Under the pieces are notes generated by a model. The model did no database searches. It had not been told where the DNA came from and saw nothing but the letters and a program-made list of their open reading frames with translations. The translations under genes and the position numbers were made by a program. A stretch of DNA of 64,000 nucleotides from the human T2T-CHM13v2.0 reference genome, Homo sapiens: NCBI RefSeq assembly GCF_009914755.1, contig NC_060931.1; one strand, 5' to 3'. Shown piece after piece: positions 55,165 to 64,000 of this stretch (positions are counted from its first letter, which is position 1; every line of letters begins with the position of its first letter).

Positions 55165-55385
55165 AATTACTGGACTAGAATCAGACTGCCTGAGGTTGAA
55201 TTTCAGCTTCATCGCTTATTACTTACAGCCCCTCTGAAAAGTCCATTTCTCCCAGCTTTAGTTACCTACATATAAAATGGAGATGAGTGTCTATCTATAA
55301 GGTTGTTATCTGTATTAAATGAGACAAGATAAGGACTAGCCTAGTCTAGTACACATAGGGAATGCTCAGTAACTACTATCATCAT
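55165..55385 (+). mobile_element. MIR SINE remnant
   Basis: Contains ggactagaatcagactgcctgaggttgaatttcagctt and the core tataaaatggagatga...ggttgtt...gtattaaatgaga. Confidence 0.75.
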
Positions 55386-55829
55386 AATTACCAATCATGA
55401 TTATTGTACGACGTCTGCTGATGTGGTAGTGTTGGTTAGAGTTGAAAGTCAGAAGAAAAAGGAACAGCCTACTTTTTCTTCCCCTTCCCACTAACTTTTC
55501 TTTTTAACCAATGTAGATAATATGTTGGTGCAGCCCTGGAGTTATACGGAAGATGTCAAATCAGGGTTTCAGGGTAAACAGCAGGAAGTAGCAAGATAGT
55601 TGTTAGCTGTGCAAATATAGGGAAGGAGATGATAGGTGCCCATGGGAATAACAGGTGGGCTGGAAGAAGAAGTCCATGCCCCTAGGCTGAAGAATCTTTA
55701 GCAGTAAGTACTACCCTAAGCCTCATGCACAAATTTAAATTTAGTCTTTTTGCACATGCCCAATGAGAGTTTACATTGTTCAACTTATCCCCCTTCCTCA
55801 TGCACAGGTCTAAGCCCCGGAAGTCAATG

Positions 55830-56230
55830 CTCAGTGACACTAACACCAGGCCATCCCTAGTGATGAGTATGTCCTTGAACAAAGCTGTAGCAGCCAGATG
55901 CTCTTCTTTCCCAGAGCCTCTTAATCTCTTGATTTTGTACATGACTAGGCTGCCATATACAAAACATAGGGAGGTAGAAGTCACAGCTACCAAGTAGGCA
56001 GAGTAGAAGAGGAAGCTTGTTTGCAAAAATAGGCATTAAAACAGACAACCCAGGGAGGAATAAACATGAAGGATGAAAAGTTCCAGTGATTTTTCCTGCT
56101 TATGTTAGCTAACTGAGGCCTACATGAATTTCAGCCTCTGGATTCAAGGCTATGCATTTGTACCCTTATTATTAATTTGCTTCATGATTTGAGAAGTTGA
56201 TTTCTATTATTTCAAATCAAAGAATTGTAA
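55830..56230 (+). mobile_element. Ancient MLT1 (J/K/L-like) LTR remnant
   Basis: The 3' end tttgagaagttgatttctattatttcaaatcaaagaattgtaat resembles old MLT1 termini. Boundaries uncertain. Confidence 0.5.
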
Positions 56231-56656
56231 TAGCAAAACTATATAACCTCTTCAACTTAGCCTGGGGTTTTTACCGCAGTGATTACCTTCTAGCTCAATT
56301 TGAAAATATTATTGGAACTTCCTCTTAAATAGTGAAAGTAATGGGCAGAAACTATCATCATAACTGCAACAGCCTAATCCTGTGAAGTCATTAAAGGTTT
56401 TCATGTGCGTCGATGCCACTTTATAGAGATGACAATATAACACTCTAACGGACTATAATAAACCTGAGCCAACTACAAACCCACTAAAATATATCAAGAA
56501 ATCTTAATATCATTACTACTGAAACCATGTAGTGTGAAAATTCAGATTATCAGAATGTTCTAAGTTAATTCGTAGTAGTAGTATTAATATTTATGTTCTT
56601 TTGTTGCTGCTGTGTTATTTAAAAACTGTTTGACAAGTAAGCAACTTACTGTTTAC

Positions 56657-56963
56657 TTTTTATTGAGATGGAGTCTCGGTCTGTCCCCCAGGCTGGAGTG
56701 CAGTGGCGCTATCTCGGCTCACTGCAAGCTCCGCCTCCTGGGTTCACGCCATTCTCCTGGCTCAGCCTCCCCGAGTACCTGGGACTGCAGGCGCCCGCCA
56801 CTACGCCCAGCTAATTTTTTTTTTTTTTTTTTTTTTTGTATTTTTAGTAGAGACGGGGTTTCACCGTGTTAGCCAGGAGGGTCTCGATCTCCTGACCTCA
56901 TGATCCGCCCGCCTCAGCCTCCCAAAGTCCTGGGATTACAGGCGTGAGCCACCGTGCCCAGCC
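56657..56963 (-). mobile_element. AluY with many retained CpGs
   Basis: AluY diagnostics: tgcaagctccgcctcc, gttcacgccattctcc, caccgtgttagccagga, tctcgatctcctgacctc. TSD ctgtttac(a)ttttta on both sides. T23 at the central linker. Confidence 0.96.
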
Positions 56964-58054
56964 CCTGTTTACATTTTTAAATCCCACATTTTAAATCCTC
57001 TATATTTTGGGGATTTAGGGTTGCTTTGACAAGAATAGCTGGAAAAAAAGGAATATTACTGTCCTGACATAAATTTTTAGTTGTATTTTTAGTGACTACA
57101 TATTTGTTTTAAATAAAGCTCTTCCAAATCTGGAGGGCAGGGGAGTCTCATTAACCATATGGAACAATCAAAATGCAAGTGATAGAGCATAAATAGTTTT
57201 TGCTTCCAAAATTTCAACCTATTCATATATTTTGATTGACAAATTACTTTACCTTTGTTTCCAACACTTTCTGCTATCATATGGAAATAATTGTTACCAA
57301 ATTAGCTTCCTAATGCATATAACCATATTTATTAATAGTAATTTATCCATGAAAATTTAGAATTTTTCATAACAGAATTATACAACCTCAAAAACAATTT
57401 TTTTTGATAAAAAGTATTTATAGCCAACGTAATTACAATCACAAATACAGGGAAGAAAGAACAGAGATGACCCATGATATCTAGGTTTAAGTGATATGTA
57501 ATTTTTTTTAGTCAAAGATGTACTATAAAGATTTATATGCTGAAATGCTGATGCCTTGTTATTGCATTACTGGATCATTGGAGAGGGTGCTGGTAACAGT
57601 GTTTCCAGTATTTTGAATTGGGGATGTACACTGTGATTGGTAAAATACAAACAATATTTCCGTGCCTGTATGTGTAGTGTAGTATGGATTATAATCCAGT
57701 CTCCTCTCTTGGCTTAGAGAAGAGGTTGACCTAGAATTGCAAGATGTGATGCCAAGGTGAATTACTGATTGAGTATTGTGCAGTCACAAGTAGGAAAGCA
57801 GAGGAAATTTGAACTATTAGGTACAAGGCAGTGAAAACAACACAAAGCAAGAACCAGTACCCAAAATTAAGCAAGACTTAAAAGATGAGATTTGGCAATT
57901 CCTTTTCATAGAGTTATAGTAAGTAGAATGGCAAAGTCTACAGAGAAGATAGATACAAAGGCCCCTAAGAGTCACCATGCTGTCTTCTCCTGCCATGAGT
58001 GAATGGGGTTTCCCTAAATCACCTAATGTGGGGTAGTCTGACTGGGCTGTATGT

Positions 58055-58165
58055 TTATTCACCTGAGGAGCTTTAAACAAAATACTAACACCTTAGGTTC
58101 ACCCAAGACCAATTTAATCAGAATCTCTGGGGATTCATGTGCATAGCCAGCATCGAGAACTGCCT
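58055..58165. mobile_element. MER5-like DNA transposon fragment
   Basis: tcacctgaggagcttt...ccaagaccaatttaatcagaatctctgggg...gagaactgc. Confidence 0.6.
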
Positions 58166-61100
58166 ATTAAATGATTGAATGGAAGGAGTTTCCCCACTGG
58201 AGGAAACACTGAAGGTGAAATGTGGGTTCCTGTAACAAATCCCCTGCATTCAAATCTTTCCAGGGTACTGTGCACTGGAATTAAGATTGTAGTGCTTGTA
58301 TGGTCAGTAGCCATGAGGTACAGGAGCTGCTGAGGCACTAAGCTAGTTCAGATGACATCCTCAAGCATGCTATAGCAGAAAAGAGTACATAAACATGTAT
58401 ATAACTTGCTCTGTGTCCATAAGAACACATATCTCAAAATAGATCATCACAAAATGGTTATGACTTAAGACTATGCATAAGTGCTCATTAAAAGCAAACA
58501 ATGAAAGATGCTACAACTTACCTTTGGCTTCAGTTTAACATAATAGGTAGAAAAATACTCATGTTTCCTTTTGTCTAAAGTTCATCAAGAGGTCTTAATT
58601 TCTAAAATGTGCTTTGTCCCAAATATTCAGAAAAAAAATCTTTTAGTTGATCCTTAAACATGCAGTATTTTTCCATTCTGACAAACAGAATGTTTTGTAT
58701 ATTCCAGAGGTGTTTTTCTCCTAAACTGTGCACCTGACAACCAAAATGAGATGCCATCATCCTCTGTCTAAGGGTGAAAAAAGGTGCTTCCAGCCTTTGC
58801 CCTGAGGAGATAAGAACCCTCTTGGAAAGTGTCCATCATTAAAATAGTGCTGGAGGGAGTTTACCTGCCTATATTTTAATTACTGTTTTATTCGCATTAT
58901 TTAAGTTATCCCTATTGAAGTCAACCCCAAATCCACTGCCTAGCAATTATTTTTCTTTTTCATTAAGATATATCTGTCTTTACATCAAAACAAAACAGTA
59001 CTTTTTAAAATTCATTATATTCACTAGAGTTATGGTGAATACGATTCTTTTACACCACTGGTGCCAGAGGACAAGATAAACATGCCACAAGGGCTAACGT
59101 TTTAGCCTGAGTCAGCATAATAATTATCACATTATTAGTGAATTGTGCTGTGTTGATTAGCATACATCAGCATACAAATCAATTTCCATGTAAGAACCAA
59201 AACCTTTCTCCAAATTTCAGTAGATTTACGCAAACCTCCCCGCAACCCCACTCCTTTGTGCCAGGTGAAGCTGGGAAACTTAGGGCACAGGAAGAGTTTC
59301 ATTTTTGCAGTATTTCATTAGTCTGGAAAAGACAAAGGTTTACTCTGGAAATGAGTTACTTTCACGCTTTAAATGTACAGCTTGAGGAGGACGCTACTGC
59401 AAAAACAGGGAAGAGAAAGAAGCAGATAACGTATTTGGCAGTGTGAGAAGGATTCAATATTAAAGATTAGGACTGGTAATGTGTCCGGTCCAGGGTAAAA
59501 GAAGCTAAGAACCCACTGGTTGGTTCATTGAGATGTGAAGAAAGAGTTCATTCTTTTACACGACTCCTTGAGAATAGTGGTTAATTATTAGAGGTCTTGG
59601 AAATTCATATTTTTCTCCATTCTGAGAACATAGGCTCTATAAGAGGGAATTTTTTCCTTCCCCAAGCTTCCACTCTTTCCATTTTCCTTACCTAAAATTT
59701 AGCCAATTTTGTTTTTATTTACCTGTAGTATTTCATTCATTTATCTTGTAAGGTTCCAGAAGACAGAAATTGCATCCTATTGATTTTCTATTCCTCATGG
59801 TGCTGAACACTCAATATGTTTGTTTCTATTCATTATTTGCTAAGAGCTATAAACATAATAAAGTGTCTGAAAATTATTTTAAATTTTTCAGGGCATTTCC
59901 AAGTTGAAGGGGTGAATGGAAGCTCCTCTGGCAGCAGGTGTCACCTCCCAGATTAGGCACATGAAAATAAGAACCATGTTTATTATGGAAAAATGAATGC
60001 ATTTTGACATAGGTAATGTCAAATTATATACTTAAATGGGTAATGAATCATAGAAATAAAATTGTTATTCCAAAGTGTGAGTAGTAGTTGCTTAAATGGC
60101 AAAAGATCATGACTTGGAGTCACACATTCTAAAACACGTTTGGACCAAGACTGCATGTGTTTTTTTCTTTTTTTTTCAGTCTTGATCTTTAGCATGTGAC
60201 TTTTTATCCCTGAAAAATGCCCAGTTTACTCTCACTTCTGCTATACACTCTTGGTTGTGTGAAGCTAAGATGTCAGGAATTCTAAGCACTTAGAACAGAG
60301 ACTGGACTGGCATTTCATAACCATTCAACATATCTTAGTGAACATAATTATGATAATGATGACTATTATTACTTTGTCTAAATCATATTATTTCTTCTCT
60401 GCCTATGGAGATTCTTGGTGGCTAGCATCTATTTCTGTATTTCTTAGTCCCACAATCAATGCATTTTTTTGTATCCATGTCAGTAGGAACATGTGTGAAG
60501 AGCAGAATGCAAAGCATAGTTAAATATCAATGCTCTAGTGCACCAAATGCATTCTCATGTGCCTATGACAAATTCCATATACTAAAGCTGATAGACACAT
60601 CAAATAGAGATAAAAAGCAAAACATTTATTTTAGCAAGAATATATTAAATTCTTAGAATGTATTTGGCATGTGAATAAATACAAAAGCAAATAATAATTT
60701 AAGATTTATATAGAACTTCAAGTTTTTATCCTTGAACTTGGAGAATGATGATAACTATGGTGAAATAGAAATAAAGAATGGTGGTATTAATCCATTCATA
60801 AAAAAAGAAACCATCTGTCGGAGAAAACAAGTAGCCTCAAACAATTATTAATATAGGATATTTTTATTATACATGTCAACAGTGAAAGTCACGCTACTTG
60901 ACTTTTCAAGCTTCCGAAAAGCTCTAAAATTAGAAGTCAAACTTTTACAGTATGTATATACAGTAATGAATTCAGAGTCAAACTTCCCACCTACCATCCC
61001 TCCTATATATGGCCCCTTAACATTAATGGATGGATGGTTGTGGTTTGGAGGTGGTAACGAGGAAGAATGTTTTTCTTATAGAACTGATTCACACAAACCA

Positions 61101-62689
61101 TTTATAAAAGGCAAGAATACTTAAATGAGTGCCTACAGGCTGTGGTAATAATAACTCACATCTGAAATTTGGAACCAAATATTTAAGAGAGTGTACTTTG
61201 TAGTATAACTACTTTTCTTGACTCAATCACTTCATTGTTTTGTTAAAGTGTTATGTCAAAGCTGTAAGTTAGAACTGCTACTAAATGATTATCTAATTCC
61301 TCTAGCGTGCCCTTCTCATTTGTTTGCAAAGCTACATGAAATAGGCTTCTGAGGAAATCGTATATTAATGTATATTTGTAGTAATTCATAGTGTTGAGTT
61401 ATGTGAAGTCATAAAACGGCATTCTTTCTCATTTGTTAAAGGGCAAGTTTCACATCAGGAATGAAAAGAAATGACATTTTTATAAGAAGTAAACTTACGT
61501 TGAAATAAATAGTCAAGGGCAAATAATACACATTTTTAGGTTATTTATATTTGTCATCATTATTTTCACTATCACTCATACTCAAGCCCTTTACCTGTTA
61601 CCACTTATTACAAGACAAAAACAAAATGATTGTGATCATAAAAAATGAAATAGGTTAAGTTCAAACAAGAGCTACAATAGGAATCCTGTTGAAACTTAGT
61701 TGTAGCTAAAGCTTGGAGCTTGATATAGAGGTTACGCAAGTACTTAGATATTGAATGGCATGATGTTGTAAAATGTAAAATGTAGACTGTGCTCTGGACT
61801 GGAAAATTCAGATCTAACCACTTATTGAACTAAATTGTCCATTATATGTTAGGTTATCCATTATATGTTGAGTCTTTTATGCACATTAAATTATTCACTC
61901 CCAGGTTAAAATCGGAGTAGGAGTGGGAGTATTTTTGAGTATAGTAGTCAAGTATCCTGCAATTGGTTATCACAAATTCTACAGATAATAACATACTTAA
62001 ATGTACTTTACATTTTGCATCTTTAGTAATACACTGTGCTTTCTGCAGAAAAACCTTTTGCAGACCTATGTCCCTGGTGAAGAGAAGTGATAAGATTGTC
62101 CAAAATTCAAATTACATCCATTTAAAGACACTGGAGACCAATAAAAGCTGTGGATTTGAGAGACTATGATCGCAGAGGAAAAAGAATTACAAAGGACTCC
62201 ACCCAACATTCATTATGGCTTTTTCCTGTTAAAGCAATTGCTAATTCGCAAGCAAAAGGTAAAGGGCTAAGGAACAGAACAGGGCTTCTTAGGGGGTTGA
62301 AGGGACTGAAATGTGGTATGGGGACATCAAGGAGAAGGGGTCCTGGTAAATACCCCAGGCAAGAACTGTGAATGTTGATATCAATTCTACTCAGCCAAAG
62401 AAGATCCCATGTCACATATGTTTATATTTGTATTTGTGATATGTGTGTATACATATACACATACAAACACACATATTTATTTCAGAGGTGAACCAACGTT
62501 GAACCAACTTTTACTAAGATGAAACTGCAATTCTAAACAAGCTCCACCTCTCGCTGAATTGCATTAATATATTCTATCCCTTCTCTCTGGTTGAAGGAGG
62601 CAACAGGGAAATTCTCTCATGACAAAGAAAACAGTATCTAGAGATTACCTCCATAATTTTTATACCTAACAGGCAGACAGCATCCCATT

Positions 62690-62910
62690 AGACAATTATC
62701 AGACATACCAAGGAAAGAGACCAAGTGTATCAAAGCCAGAAAACAGAAAAGATAATAGAAACAAACCCACAGTTGATGTAGATACTGGAGTTATCAGACA
62801 AGGATATTAAAATAAACATGATGAACATAGTTACATAGTTAGATAACAAGGTGGAGAACTTCAATAAAAAGCTGGGAATTAAAAATTAATCACATGGTAA
62901 TTCTAAGTAA
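62690..62910 (+). mobile_element. Old L1M ORF1-start fragment
   Basis: aatagaaacaaacccacagttgatgtagatactggagttatcagacaaggatattaaaataaac...gtggagaacttcaa. Confidence 0.65.
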
Positions 62911-64000
62911 CATAGTGAGCATCACAGTAAATTCTATTCAAATTAGATAACACCATTATTTTTCCAAAAAATTTATAATTTTAAAATGTCTTTGGCCATT
63001 TATTTCTAAAAATTACTCCATTAATATATGAATCTCATAATTATGCTCAAATACAGGCTCTGGCTTTCATTCTCCATCTATAAAAGTGTCATTTTTAATA
63101 TATGTGTTAGACCACTTGAAAATTTCAATTTTCCAATTGCAGTAGAAATGATTACTGTTAATAATTGTATTGCAGTCAAAAGGTTAGCAAAGAGAATGCT
63201 AAAATACTGAAATGACCTAAAGATATTATTTAAACTATGGGCAGCTTGTTTTTCTTTTTCATTTATATCTTTCAGCCTTGTTACAGCATTGAAGGAGATA
63301 AAGTTGAAAGGTAGCCACTTTACTTGCCTGAATTTATCTAAAACTTCAAAAAATTATATAGCAAGTAAAGAAAATGTCTTAAAAACAATGAAATATAATA
63401 TTATTTCACCACTTTTCACATAACGGTCTGAAAACATATATATATAGAGAGAGAGTTTGTCTATATATATGGTGTTTATATATATGTTTTCAGACATATA
63501 TACCAATATATATAAATACTCTGGTTTTGTACCTTTGGTGTTTGTATAAATGTGAACACCAAAGATAAAAAAAATAATTCATTCACCACTGAAAATATTA
63601 AGTCAGATGTAATAGCAGAGAAGCTCCAAATTAAAGATTATCCAAGGAGAGTGTAGATTTTATTCAATAAGTGAGGCAATTATTCATTTATGTGTTATCA
63701 TGTTTTTATCATGGATTTAGGTAAAGTGAAGATATCATTAAGTCTCCACATGGATAAAGGAAATAATGCTTAATATATACATTGCCTCTTTTAGACTGTA
63801 TTACATATTCGAATATGACATTTTATATTGCTTTCTATTATTTTATATTTGGAAGTCTTATTTTCCCACCAAGATAATAGTAGCATATTTCATTCTGGAA
63901 ATTTCCAACTCGCATGTGTTATAATTTAAAAAGCATTTTCTATGTCAGAAGTTTGGAATTAAAAAATAAAATAATTAAACAAATATATCCTGCTTCCCTT

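Noticed and set aside
61838-61869. 13-bp direct repeat tccattatatgtt (and a 16-bp tandem repeat at ~1880-1911)
   Set aside because: These are ordinary short slippage duplications with no further structure.

Overview
AT-rich, gene-poor primate (human-like) genomic DNA. I can support no intact protein-coding gene, tRNA, rRNA or CRISPR array. The listed six-frame ORFs are either retroelement remnants or probable chance ORFs. The dominant feature is a complete but defective 8.9-kb class I (gamma-like) endogenous retrovirus at 45464-54343 (+), of the HERV-IP/HERVIP10 type with LTR10-family LTRs. It retains both LTRs, a GGCCT target-site duplication, a tRNA-Pro-like primer binding site, and gag-pro-pol-env reading frames broken by many stops and frameshifts. 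Just upstream lies an inverted ~550-bp copy of its own 5' LTR, PBS and leader, giving a head-to-head LTR pair. The rest is a near full-length old L1 (33.9-41.5 kb) with nested Alu and MER44 insertions, several other L1 fragments, MaLR/ERVL/ERV1 solo LTRs and Alus. There is also a recurring set of local templated duplications and fold-back insertions. Repeat subfamily names come from recognising consensus-like motifs by eye and need RepeatMasker/Dfam confirmation. No evidence for a wholly new biological system is directly visible. The best lead is the divergent LTR pair and a possible minus-strand spliced non-coding transcript.
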